A program made the translations under genes and the position numbers. Under the pieces are notes generated by a model. The model was given only the letters and a program-made list of their open reading frames with translations. It had not been told where the DNA came from and ran no database searches. Below are positions 16,289-24,905 of a DNA stretch of 32,000 nt, one piece after another (position 1 is the stretch's first letter; each line of letters opens with the position of its first letter). The DNA is from Edaphobacter aggregans (lineage in GTDB: Bacteria > Acidobacteriota > Terriglobia > Terriglobales > Acidobacteriaceae): NCBI RefSeq assembly GCF_003945235.1, contig NZ_RSDW01000001.1, forward strand, positions 1,860,001 to 1,892,000, read 5' to 3'.

Positions 16289-17494
16289 TCAGGCTTCTGT
16301 AGCGACTGCGTGCTGCTGCCAGGTGGGGGAGAGCTCGCGGAGGTGAGCTACGGCGGTTGGGATGAGTTCGAGAGCGTGGTCTACTTCCTCTTCGGTGGTG
16401 AGTTTGGAGAGGGAGAAGCGGATGCTGGCTCGGGCTCGGTTGGAGCTTAGGCCCATCGCAGTGAGGACGTGGGAGGGCTCGGTGGCTCCGGACTGGCAGG
16501 CGCTGCCTCCGCTGACGGAGAGTCCTTTGAGGTCAAGGGCTATGACGAGGGCTTCGGCTTCGATGTGGTCGAAGTAGATGTTTGTGGTGTTGGCTACGCG
16601 TGGCGCTCCACCGCCGTTGACGCCAGCTTCGGGGACCTGGGCGAGGATGCCTTGTTCGAGGCGGTCGCGGAGGGCGGCTAGTTTGGCGGGGCCTTCGGTG
16701 GCGAGCCACTGCTGGGCGATTTCGGCGGCTTTGCCAAGGCCTACGATGCCGGCTACGTTTTCGGTTCCGGCGCGGCGCTGACGCTCGTGGGAGCCGCCGT
16801 GCATCATCGGGTTGAGACGGACGTTGCGGCGGACGAAGAGGATGCCGATGCCTTTGGGAGCGTGCATCTTGTGGCCGGAGATGGTGAGGAGATCGACGTC
16901 CTTGAGGGGGCCGTGGGGGCCGAGGTCGAGGGGGAGCTTGCCAGCGGCCTGGACGGCGTCGGTGTGGAAGAGGGCTCCGGCGGCGTGGGCGATGGCGGCG
17001 AGCGCGGCGATGGGCTGGACGACGCCAGTCTCGTTGTTCGCGAACATGACGCTGACGAGCTTGGTGTTGGGGCGGATGGCTCCGATGAGCTCAGCCGGTT
17101 CGATGATGCCTTGTGCGGTGCAGGGGAGGAAGGTTACGTCGATATTGCGGTGCTCGAGCGACTCTGCGGCGTGGAGAATGGCGTGGTGCTCGATGCTGGT
17201 GGTAATGACGTGGGTCTTCTCTTTGGTGGGAGAGAGCTCGGAGGTGAGGGTGCCGAAGAGGGCGAGGTTGTCGCTTTCGGTGCCGCCGGAGGTGAAGACG
17301 ATCTCGGAGGCGCGGCAGTGGAACAGGCGGGCGATGGCGTCGCGGGCGTGGTCGACGGCGGCGCGGGCGTGCTGGCCGTGCTGGTGGATGGAGCTGGCGT
17401 TGCCGAAGTGTTCGATCCAGAAGGGACGCATGGCCTCGTAAACCTCTGGGAGGAGAGGCGTGGTGGCGTTAGCGTCCATGTAAATACGCTGCAT
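16289..17494 (-). CDS. Cysteine desulfurase (NifS/IscS-type class V aminotransferase)
   Basis: The 401-aa ORF has 'IYMDANATTP', 'FTSGGTESDN', 'SGHKMHAPKGIG' (PLP lysine) and 'SGGSACQSG' (catalytic Cys loop). Confidence 0.9.
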   Translation of the reverse strand: MQRIYMDANATTPLLPEVYEAMRPFWIEHFGNASSIHQHGQHARAAVDHARDAIARLFHCRASEIVFTSGGTESDNLALFGTLTSELSPTKEKTHVITTSIEHHAILHAAESLEHRNIDVTFLPCTAQGIIEPAELIGAIRPNTKLVSVMFANNETGVVQPIAALAAIAHAAGALFHTDAVQAAGKLPLDLGPHGPLKDVDLLTISGHKMHAPKGIGILFVRRNVRLNPMMHGGSHERQRRAGTENVAGIVGLGKAAEIAQQWLATEGPAKLAALRDRLEQGILAQVPEAGVNGGGAPRVANTTNIYFDHIEAEALVIALDLKGLSVSGGSACQSGATEPSHVLTAMGLSSNRARASIRFSLSKLTTEEEVDHALELIPTAVAHLRELSPTWQQHAVATEA

Positions 17495-17607
17495 AGCTCT
17501 ATTTTACCCTGTCTATTGTGACGAATGAGGGGGCGACGGATTGAAGAACTCTGTTAGGCTGGGCGCGGTTATCCGGTTTTCCGAGAAACGAACAGGAGAG
17601 AACGACG

Positions 17608-18192
17608 ATGATAAAGCAGATAGTTATGACGTTGGCGCTGGCTGCTTGTTGCGTGACGGGAGCGCGGGCGCAGATGAACAATGCGACTCCGAAGGCTGAT
17701 CCAGGTGCGGTGGTTGATCCTTCTAAATCACTTAGTGCGCTGCTGAAGATTTATGAAGACGAGATGATGGGCCTGGTGAATGCCATGCCCGCGGACAAAT
17801 ATAGCTTCGCGCCAAGCCAGGCGATCTTCAAGCCCGAGCAGGTGACAAAGTATGACGGAGTGCGGACGTTTGGGCAGATGGTTGGGCATGTGGCGCAGGC
17901 GAACTACTACTTCTATGGCTCGTTGGGCGGAGCAAAGCCTGATGTGGATGTGAAGGCGATTGGGAGCATGACGTCCAAGGAGGATCTGGTGAAGGCACTG
18001 GCGGCTTCGTTTGCTTATGCCCACAAACAGATTGATACGATGACGGCGGCGAATGCGTTTGCTTCGGTGAAGGGTGACCAGACGAATACGAGTATGGTGG
18101 CGTTTGGCATCGCGCATGGCTTCGACCACTATGGGCAGCTGGCTGAGTATCTGCGGATGAATGGGATTGTGCCTCCGGCGAGTGCGAAGTAG
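17608..18192 (+). CDS. DinB-family (DinB_2-like) protein with signal peptide
   Basis: AGGAGAG lies upstream of the ATG. The signal peptide is 'MIKQIVMTLALAACCVTGARAQ'. His-containing motifs 'GHVAQANYYF' and 'HGFDHYGQLAEYLR' are typical of the DinB four-helix-bundle family. Confidence 0.75.
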   Translation: MIKQIVMTLALAACCVTGARAQMNNATPKADPGAVVDPSKSLSALLKIYEDEMMGLVNAMPADKYSFAPSQAIFKPEQVTKYDGVRTFGQMVGHVAQANYYFYGSLGGAKPDVDVKAIGSMTSKEDLVKALAASFAYAHKQIDTMTAANAFASVKGDQTNTSMVAFGIAHGFDHYGQLAEYLRMNGIVPPASAK

Positions 18193-18207
18193 GCTTAGTT
18201 CGGCGTG

Positions 18208-18240
18208 AAAAGAGCAGCCCAAAGGCTGCTCTTTTCATTT
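18208..18240 (+). terminator. Rho-independent terminator
   Basis: aaaagagcagcc-caaa-ggctgctctttt is a perfect 12-bp stem followed by catttggg. Confidence 0.7.
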
Positions 18241-18364
18241 GGGAGGCCAGGGTCGACTTTTCGGTACTGATTAACTGCGGGCCGGAGTGACCGCAGAGTT
18301 CAATGAGTGACTCGCCCTGTTCTCACCAATAGAGACATAACTTGCGGTGACCCCAATTTCCCGA

Positions 18365-19927
18365 TCACTTCACCAATTCAACCTCACCCACACGCCAGGT
18401 CTTGTCGAACCATGGTTCGAGCGGACCGTAGAGGCGGAAGAGCATGTTCCAACCTTTGCCGGGGATGGTCTGTGCCCAGTTCGCCTCGGGGACTCCCGCT
18501 GGCAGCTTCGGGCTGAACCAAACATCGGTCGAACCATCCGGGTTGGTCACGAGGCCTTTGTCGAAACTGTTGACGCTTGGGAAGCGCTGGTCGGTCTGCA
18601 GACACGAGCGGGTCTGATTGTCATACAGAGTGAAGGACCAGTTGTCCTTAGCCGGGATGTTGGGCGGCAGATGCACCTTGTAGGTCTTGCTGCCGTCGAG
18701 ACCGTGGTGGGAACTGTCCGTAAACGCAGCAGCGTATTGCGAGCCTTTGCCGACCATCTTGGCGAACATCGCGGGCGTGACTCCTGTAGCCCAATAGTGA
18801 AAGCCGCTGCGGCTGTCCAGGTCAAATACGCCGGGTACGAGCAGAAACTGATAACCAGAACTGGACGGAATCCACCAGGAACTACCGGGGTAGATGTAGC
18901 TCGCCTCGTCGCGACTCCGGAAGCTAAGAGCGCGCGCCGTCGCATTACCGACCGCAACGGCCTCGGTGAGGATCTTCTTCATGCGGTCGTCCGGTGCGAA
19001 GGGTTTGCCTTTCTGGAGGCCGATGGAGGCGAACAGGCCCAGCGTTTCAGGATCCAACGCCTCGTTCGGTTCCATCTCCAGTACTTCGTGAACTTCTTCG
19101 TAGAAGTGGAAATTATTCGCATGAATCGTACTATGCGGAATGCCGCTCATGTTAGTGAACTTCGTGGCTGGTGGATGAGCAGCCTGCGCCAATGGATAGA
19201 CTTTAAGGAGCTTTTTGATACTCTCCACAGCTGGCTTGGGGTCACCATTTACCAACATTCCACGTCCCGGTGCCCACACGCCATAAGTCGCCGGGCGCAT
19301 GACAAAGTAGCCTTTCGGCACCTCACCTTTGTAGTCGGGAGGAAGAAACAGGAACTTGCCGCCCTTGCCCTTGTCCGGACCTGCATTGCCATAATCGCCC
19401 ACCCAGCGGAACCAGTGGTCGTCGATCACACCAAGGACATTAGGTGGCGTCTCCATCACGATTGGCCCCTTGCTGGTGTCGAGCCAAGTGTAGAAGTAAA
19501 CACTCGAGTTGTTCGGGGTCAGCCAGAGCGCCTTCGAGTCCATCAGGTCCTCGAAGATCATCACGTTGCCGTCAACGCCGCCGAACTTCTTAGCCGCAGG
19601 TAGAAAGGCCTGAATTGAGGCACCCGGTATGCCGCGCAGAAACGCCTGAACGCCGCGCTGGAAATCGAGGTTGTCGTAAACCAACTGGGTAGTCTTGTCA
19701 TCCGGGAAGCCATCGAAGAACTTCAGCGTTCCAATCCGAGTGTCGACCGAGTCCGGCGTAGTGATTTCCGGCGGAATGTCGGTGGTCATTTTCATCTTCG
19801 GCGGGGTCTGCGCCTCAGTGGTGGGGGAAGTCGAAGGCGCAGACTTGCCGTTACAGCCGGTGGCCGTTATAAGCGCAAGGGCAATGACGCAGCCGAGTGA
19901 ACGGAGCACGAGTCGAATTGCTTGCAT
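18365..19927 (-). CDS. DUF1254/DUF1214 domain-containing lipoprotein
   Basis: The 520-aa ORF has a lipobox signal '...ALALITATGC'. The 'YDNLDFQRGVQAFL' region is typical of DUF1254 and the C-terminal half is DUF1214-like. GC is lower and skew much weaker than in neighbouring genes. Confidence 0.8.
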   Translation of the reverse strand: MQAIRLVLRSLGCVIALALITATGCNGKSAPSTSPTTEAQTPPKMKMTTDIPPEITTPDSVDTRIGTLKFFDGFPDDKTTQLVYDNLDFQRGVQAFLRGIPGASIQAFLPAAKKFGGVDGNVMIFEDLMDSKALWLTPNNSSVYFYTWLDTSKGPIVMETPPNVLGVIDDHWFRWVGDYGNAGPDKGKGGKFLFLPPDYKGEVPKGYFVMRPATYGVWAPGRGMLVNGDPKPAVESIKKLLKVYPLAQAAHPPATKFTNMSGIPHSTIHANNFHFYEEVHEVLEMEPNEALDPETLGLFASIGLQKGKPFAPDDRMKKILTEAVAVGNATARALSFRSRDEASYIYPGSSWWIPSSSGYQFLLVPGVFDLDSRSGFHYWATGVTPAMFAKMVGKGSQYAAAFTDSSHHGLDGSKTYKVHLPPNIPAKDNWSFTLYDNQTRSCLQTDQRFPSVNSFDKGLVTNPDGSTDVWFSPKLPAGVPEANWAQTIPGKGWNMLFRLYGPLEPWFDKTWRVGEVELVK

Positions 19928-20120
19928 TGGATTTCAACCTCAAGTCGACTATCTGACGCCACCAACTATATGCTTTGGTATGGCTTCCCATTATTAACCA
20001 ATCTACGAACGAGCCCGCGAAAGATTGTTTTCGGAGTGGACGTTTAGCTGATTCTTCTGATTGAGCTATAAATCGCCGATGCGCTCATTGCCTCGTGATG
20101 AAGCTTCAGAATGGTGTGTT

Positions 20121-21167
20121 CTAGCGGAAGAGGTCGTCGTAGGTTGATGTTTCTTCGGAGGGTGGGGTTGCGTGGAGGACGTAGGTGATGCCGATGCCTG
20201 CGGTGTCGGTGTGGCGGCGGAGGCTGCGGCTGTAGTAGCCGGAGAGAGTGGTGTGGGAGTTGAGGGTGAGGTCGAGGGAGTTGGTGAAGCCGTTGTCTTC
20301 GGTGACGTTGTAGCCCTTGACGACCATGGTTTTGCCGCTGCGTGAGGGGCCGTAGATCTTCTGGTCGCCGATGGGGAGCTGCTCGTAGACGTTGGTCTCG
20401 AAGGCGACGCGGCGCATGAGGTCTATGCCGAGGCCTAGCTGGAAGTGGGCGAGCGGGCCGAGGGAGGTGTAGGTTTTGTTGACCTGGCGATTGACGAGGG
20501 TGGTGGAGTCTCCTGCGCCGAGTTCGAGAATGGGCGTTAAGCGGCCGAAGGTGCGTTCGAAGTGATTATTGAGATCGAAGGTCATGCGTCCGGTGGTGAG
20601 GCCGTAGGCTTCGTCGCCTGAGGGCACAGTGAAGGCGAAGGTGGACTGATAGAGATAAGGCCCGGGCGTGAACTGGGCGTGGAGGCCGAAGATGGCATCG
20701 CCGGGTTCGCCACGCTGGCTGACGAGACGCTCGTCGGGCTTGGGATGGGCAGCGAGGCTTTCGGCGAGGCGGTACATGTAGATGGGAATGGCCGCGTCGA
20801 TGGCGAAGGTGTCGTTGATGGTGTAGCCGACGGCGGGCATGGCGAGGGTGGCCCATCCGGTAGTGGACTCGTGAAAGCCGGAGACGGTGAGGCCGGCGTT
20901 CCAAGCGTGTAAAGGGGGAGGGTGCACTGTGACACTGGATGATGGGGACGGTTGTGCCGGGGCTGATGTTGAGGACGTTCCGAGGGGTACCTGCGAGTTG
21001 GGTTCGTCGGTCGCGTGAAGTCGTTGCGCAACGGCGAGGGGGACGCCGAGGAGAAGAAGCAGGCAAAAATATGCCCGGCGCTGGAGGAGTGAGGCCAAAC
21101 CCTGTCTTCCTGAGATTGCTAGGATGAACTGTCGTACGAGGATGGCATCTTTTGCGGTCCGTTGCAA
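20121..21167 (-). CDS. Hypothetical secreted protein, possible outer-membrane beta-barrel (MetA-pathway/'transporter'-like)
   Basis: The 348-aa ORF has a hydrophobic leader 'FCLLLLLGVPLAVAQ', a Ser/Pro linker, then alternating beta-like segments with 'GEPGDAIFG' and 'PSGDEAYGLTTG' motifs. The family assignment is tentative and the start codon is uncertain. Confidence 0.55.
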   Translation of the reverse strand: MQRTAKDAILVRQFILAISGRQGLASLLQRRAYFCLLLLLGVPLAVAQRLHATDEPNSQVPLGTSSTSAPAQPSPSSSVTVHPPPLHAWNAGLTVSGFHESTTGWATLAMPAVGYTINDTFAIDAAIPIYMYRLAESLAAHPKPDERLVSQRGEPGDAIFGLHAQFTPGPYLYQSTFAFTVPSGDEAYGLTTGRMTFDLNNHFERTFGRLTPILELGAGDSTTLVNRQVNKTYTSLGPLAHFQLGLGIDLMRRVAFETNVYEQLPIGDQKIYGPSRSGKTMVVKGYNVTEDNGFTNSLDLTLNSHTTLSGYYSRSLRRHTDTAGIGITYVLHATPPSEETSTYDDLFR

Positions 21168-21197
21168 AAATTTCTTGCGTGGAACCGTTGATGATGA

Positions 21198-22331
21198 CTA
21201 GCGCTCGGAGATGGGTATGTAGGTGGCGGGGTAGGCGGGGCCGACGTATTCGGCGCGCGGGCGGATGAGGCGATTGTCGTCGTGCTGCTCGATGACATGG
21301 GCGGCCCAGCCAGAGATGCGGCTGACGGCGAAGATGGGAGTGAAGAGATCGATGTCGATGCCGAGGGTGGTGTAGGTGGAGGCGGAGTAGAAGTCGACGT
21401 TGGCGTTGAGCTTTTTCTCTTGCTTAACGAAGAGCTCGATCTTGCGCGACATATCGAACCACTTGGTGCTACCGGCGGCTTTGCCTAGCTCTTCCGACAT
21501 GCGGCGGAGGTGCGTGGCGCGGGGGTCTTCGGTGTGGTAGACGCGGTGGCCGAAGCCGGAGATCTTTTTCTTCTCAGCGAACATCTGGCGGACGTACTCG
21601 ACGGGGTCGGCGCCGGCTTTGTCGATGGCGTAGAGGAGGCGCATGGTGGCCTCGTTGGCTCCGCCGTGGAGAGGGCCTTTGAGGGCGCCGATTGCTCCGG
21701 TGATGGCGGAGTGGATGTCTGCGAGGGTGGCGGCGACGACGCGCGCGGCGAAGGTGCTGGCGTTGAGCTCGTGGTCGGCATGGAGGATGAGCGCGATGTC
21801 GAAGGCTCGGGTGGCGGTCTCGGATGGCTTTTCGCCGTTGAGCATCCAGAGGAAGTTGGCGGCGTGGGAGAGGGTGGGGTCGGCGTCAACGACGGGCTTG
21901 CCTTTGCGGATGCGGTCGAAGAGGGCGACGATCATGGCGATCTGCGCGGTGAGCCGGTAGGACTTGCGTACGTTGGCATCGTGGGAGCAATCGGCCTCGT
22001 CGGCGTCGTAGATGCTGAGGAGCGAGACGGCGGTGCGGAGGACCTGCATGGGCGTCGCGTTGGTAGGGACGCTGCGGAGGAGGTCGATGATCTTGGGATC
22101 GAGCTTGCGGGCTGCGGCGAGTTTTTTGGTGAAGTCGGCCAGTTCGGCGGCGTTGGGGAGTTTGCCGAACCAGAGGAGGTAGGTGGTCTCCTCGAAGGTG
22201 GAACGCTGGGCTAGCTCGTGGATGTCGATGCCGCGGTAGGAGAGGACGCCGGCGTCGCCGTCGATCCAGCAGATGGAGGAGCTGGTGGCGACGATGCCTT
22301 CCAAGCCTTTAGGTGCGGCAACAGTGGACAT
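21198..22331 (-). CDS. gltA: Citrate synthase (about 377-aa small type)
   Basis: The N-terminal 'GLEGIVATSSSICWIDGDAGVLSYRGIDI', 'LILHADHELNAST' and 'GFGHRVY' are citrate synthase signatures. Confidence 0.95.
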   Translation of the reverse strand: MSTVAAPKGLEGIVATSSSICWIDGDAGVLSYRGIDIHELAQRSTFEETTYLLWFGKLPNAAELADFTKKLAAARKLDPKIIDLLRSVPTNATPMQVLRTAVSLLSIYDADEADCSHDANVRKSYRLTAQIAMIVALFDRIRKGKPVVDADPTLSHAANFLWMLNGEKPSETATRAFDIALILHADHELNASTFAARVVAATLADIHSAITGAIGALKGPLHGGANEATMRLLYAIDKAGADPVEYVRQMFAEKKKISGFGHRVYHTEDPRATHLRRMSEELGKAAGSTKWFDMSRKIELFVKQEKKLNANVDFYSASTYTTLGIDIDLFTPIFAVSRISGWAAHVIEQHDDNRLIRPRAEYVGPAYPATYIPISER

Positions 22332-22445
22332 AATGAACTTCTCCCAGAACTAAGTACATTTGGTTATAGCGCAGCGATGAAACGGTTGTCACGGTTCGGT
22401 GGGCGAATATCGGTAGCGGTGTGCGACTAAGGTGTTATGCGCTTG

Positions 22446-23507
22446 TTATGCAGTGCGATCAGGGGAGTAGGGCTCTAGGTCGATTGAGGGTGGTTCGCCG
22501 GATAGGAGTTGCGCCATGACGTGTGCCGTGGCGGGTGCGAGAAGGATTCCGTTGCGATAGTGGCCGGTTGCGATGAATTGATTTTTCTGGCCTGGTATCG
22601 GGCCGAGTAGGGGGAGGCCGTCGGGTGTTGCGGGGCGGAGGCCAGCCCAGGCTTCGAGTTGGGGAGCGTGGGTGAGGTCGGGCAGGAGATCGACGGCGAG
22701 GGTACGGAGGCGGTCGATGTCTGCGGGGTGAACGGTCTTGTCGAAGCCTACGTCTTCGATGGTCGCGCCGATGATGGCTCGGCCTGCGTTTGGGCCGGTG
22801 GTTCGCGGGACGATGTAGATCTCGGGTGTGCGGAGAACGAGGTCCAGCGGGAGAGACAAGGGAAGGGCGACGGCGAGCATCTGGCCTTTGCGCGGTGTGA
22901 TGGAGAGATGCGGGGGAGAGATGGATGCGGTGGACCAGGCCCCGGTGCAGTCGATGAACTTTGTGGCGTGAATCGCGTCAGTAGGAGTGTGGACTTCGAT
23001 GATGTCATTGGAGATGGATCGGACGAGGCGGACTGGACTGTGGGGGCGGAGGTCGATGGAGGTGGTGCTGACGGCGGCCAGGAGTGCGGCTGCGAGTTCG
23101 CGGGGATCAAGGCTGTGTTCGTGGAGGAGAGTGAAGTTTTGATTGCGAGGGTTAAGTTGCGGCAGGAGATGGGTGAGTTCTTCCGGGGTGAGGAGGTTGG
23201 CCTGGGTGTTGGGTTCTACGGATTGCAGGGTGACGTTGGTGTGAAAGGGGATTTGGTGGCTTGAGAGCGATTGAAGGTGGTCGAGGAAGGCTGGATAGAG
23301 AGAGAGGCTCAGGTCGGATAGAGGGCGAAGCTGGAGCGGATCATGGGGATCGCGGGCGGCCAACATGCCGGCTGCTGCGGTGGAGGCTTCAGAGAGGGGG
23401 GTGCTGCGATCGAGGACGGTGACGCGGGCTCCGCGTTCGTGGAGTTCGAGGGCGAGCGAGAGGCCGATGATGCCAGCTCCGGCGATGCAGATATCGGGGC
23501 GTTGCAT
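22446..23507 (-). CDS. thiO: FAD-dependent oxidoreductase, glycine oxidase ThiO-like
   Basis: The ORF has the dinucleotide-binding motif 'ICIAGAGIIGLSLALEL' and the C-terminal 'GLRPATPDGLPLLG...ATGHYRNGILLAP', typical of the DAO/ThiO family. The specific substrate is not provable from sequence alone. Confidence 0.7.
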   Translation of the reverse strand: MQRPDICIAGAGIIGLSLALELHERGARVTVLDRSTPLSEASTAAAGMLAARDPHDPLQLRPLSDLSLSLYPAFLDHLQSLSSHQIPFHTNVTLQSVEPNTQANLLTPEELTHLLPQLNPRNQNFTLLHEHSLDPRELAAALLAAVSTTSIDLRPHSPVRLVRSISNDIIEVHTPTDAIHATKFIDCTGAWSTASISPPHLSITPRKGQMLAVALPLSLPLDLVLRTPEIYIVPRTTGPNAGRAIIGATIEDVGFDKTVHPADIDRLRTLAVDLLPDLTHAPQLEAWAGLRPATPDGLPLLGPIPGQKNQFIATGHYRNGILLAPATAHVMAQLLSGEPPSIDLEPYSPDRTA

Positions 23508-23568
23508 AAGATAAGTCTAGATGGCAGGGGAAGAGGTTATAGTTTGGGTGTGCAGGTTTGCGTTAGCC

Positions 23569-23613
23569 GATAAGCGATAGTGATAAGCGCTGCGGTGATG
23601 CGTCCAAAGATAG
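23569..23613 (+). promoter_or_regulatory. Cluster of GATA(A)G direct repeats in a divergent promoter region
   Basis: GATAAGcGATAGtGATAAG spans 23569-23587, with another GATAG at 23609-23613. The cluster lies 28-72 nt upstream of the 23641 start. Confidence 0.25.
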
Positions 23614-23640
23614 CAGAGGCATGAAAATTCAGGAGGCGGA

Positions 23641-24480
23641 ATGAGTGAAGAGGGATACGTAGAAGAGCGGACAGTACCCGGAGCGTTGCTTGCAGTGGTT
23701 GTCGTAGCGTTGCTGGCAGGGTTGGGATCGCTGGTGTGGTGCTACGGTCTGCAGGGCCGTCTCGGCGTGGCGCAGCAGAAGTTGGCGGCGGCGGACCAGA
23801 AGAACGCGGATCTGGCGCAGAAGCTGGAGGCGACGAATGCTCGGTTGCGAGCGACCAGCGAGACGCTAGGTCAGAGCGTCGGGATTACGCAGAAGCAGAT
23901 GGAAGCGCGTACGCAGAGCTTGATCGCGGCGCAGGCGGCTCAGAGGGCTGAGGCGGCGAAACTTGCGGAGGCTCAGGAGGCGGCGAATAAACAAATTGGC
24001 GCTGTGTCGACCGATGTTGCCAGCGTAAGGACGGATGTCGGCGGTGTGAAGACGGATGTTGCTACGACGAAGAGCGATCTGGAAGCGACGAAGACGCAGT
24101 TGAACCGCGTGATGGGTGATGCGGGTGTCATGAGCGGATTGATTGCGACGAACTCCAAGGAACTGGACATCCTGAAGCATAAGGGCGACCGGAACTACTA
24201 CGAGTTCACGCTGCAGAAGGGCGCGAAGCCGGTGCTGCTGTCGACGGTCAAGCTGCAGTTGAAGAAGGCGGATGAGAAGCACTCGAAGTACACGATGAAT
24301 GTGAGTGCGGATGACCGCAATATCGAGAAGAAGGACAAGGGTCTGGATGAGCCGGTGCAGTTCTACACGGGCAAGGATCCGATGCTGTATGAGGTTGTGG
24401 TGAATGTGATTGAGAAGAACAAGGTGTCGGGGTATCTGTCGACGCCGAAGAATGCGCCGAAGCCTTCAGTGACGCAGTAG
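23641..24480 (+). CDS. Membrane-anchored coiled-coil protein with C-terminal beta-rich domain, hypothetical
   Basis: AGGAGG lies upstream. An N-terminal TM helix 'ALLAVVVVALLAGLGSLVW' is followed by about 130 aa of Ala/Gln/Lys-rich coiled coil. This includes five consecutive 7-aa units (STDVASV/RTDVGGV/KTDVATT/KSDLEAT/KTQLNRV) and is followed by a globular tail. Confidence 0.75.
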   Translation: MSEEGYVEERTVPGALLAVVVVALLAGLGSLVWCYGLQGRLGVAQQKLAAADQKNADLAQKLEATNARLRATSETLGQSVGITQKQMEARTQSLIAAQAAQRAEAAKLAEAQEAANKQIGAVSTDVASVRTDVGGVKTDVATTKSDLEATKTQLNRVMGDAGVMSGLIATNSKELDILKHKGDRNYYEFTLQKGAKPVLLSTVKLQLKKADEKHSKYTMNVSADDRNIEKKDKGLDEPVQFYTGKDPMLYEVVVNVIEKNKVSGYLSTPKNAPKPSVTQ

Positions 24481-24500
24481 CCGATGCAAGAGCTGTAGAC

Positions 24501-24537
24501 GCAGAACGGGGGACGCTCATCGCGTCCCCCGTTCTGC
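24501..24537. terminator. 16-bp perfect hairpin between convergent genes (terminator)
   Basis: gcagaacgggggacgc-tcatc-gcgtcccccgttctgc is followed by tttgcc on the + strand. It also lies 17 nt downstream of the stop of the micro-ORF on the - strand. Confidence 0.7.
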
Positions 24538-24553
24538 TTTGCCTTGGTTGAAG

Positions 24554-24628
24554 TTACTTTTTCTTTGCTGCCTTCTTTGCTGGTGCCTTCTTTGCTGGTG
24601 CTTTTTTGGCTGCCTTCTTCGTTGCCAT
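24554..24628 (-). CDS. 24-aa Lys/Ala/Pro-repeat micro-protein (histone-H1-tail-like), hypothetical
   Basis: The - strand reads ...GGGAGAataggcaaaATGgcaacgaagaag..., encoding MATKKAAKKAPAKKAPAKKAAKKK followed by a stop. It contains a perfect 2x15-nt tandem repeat (24571-24600), and a strong hairpin follows the stop. It is too short for the ORF track. Confidence 0.45.
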   Translation of the reverse strand: MATKKAAKKAPAKKAPAKKAAKKK

Positions 24629-24905
24629 TTTGCCTATTCTCCCTAGTGATTAGACATTGACACTGCAACATGCATCATTGCAGCTAACGAAGGTATAGAT
24701 TTACGAAAATTAACTGTCAAGAAAAATCGAATGTGTTTTGAATTTTTTTTTGAGTCGTTGTGTTTGTCGTGAACGCGAACGAGAGACGAATTCGAAGTTG
24801 CGAGATGCGTAACGCCGATGTGTGAGTGCGAGAGAGAGGCTGTGAGCCGTATACTGGCGCGTTCCGCTTCGCGGTTTGTGAGTGCAGTGTGATGAGGTGA
24901 AGGCG

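Noticed and set aside
23569-23589. Reading the GATAAG repeats as a Fur box.
   Set aside because: Alignment to GATAATGATAATCATTATC gives only 8/19 matches. The repeats are direct rather than the inverted arrangement expected.
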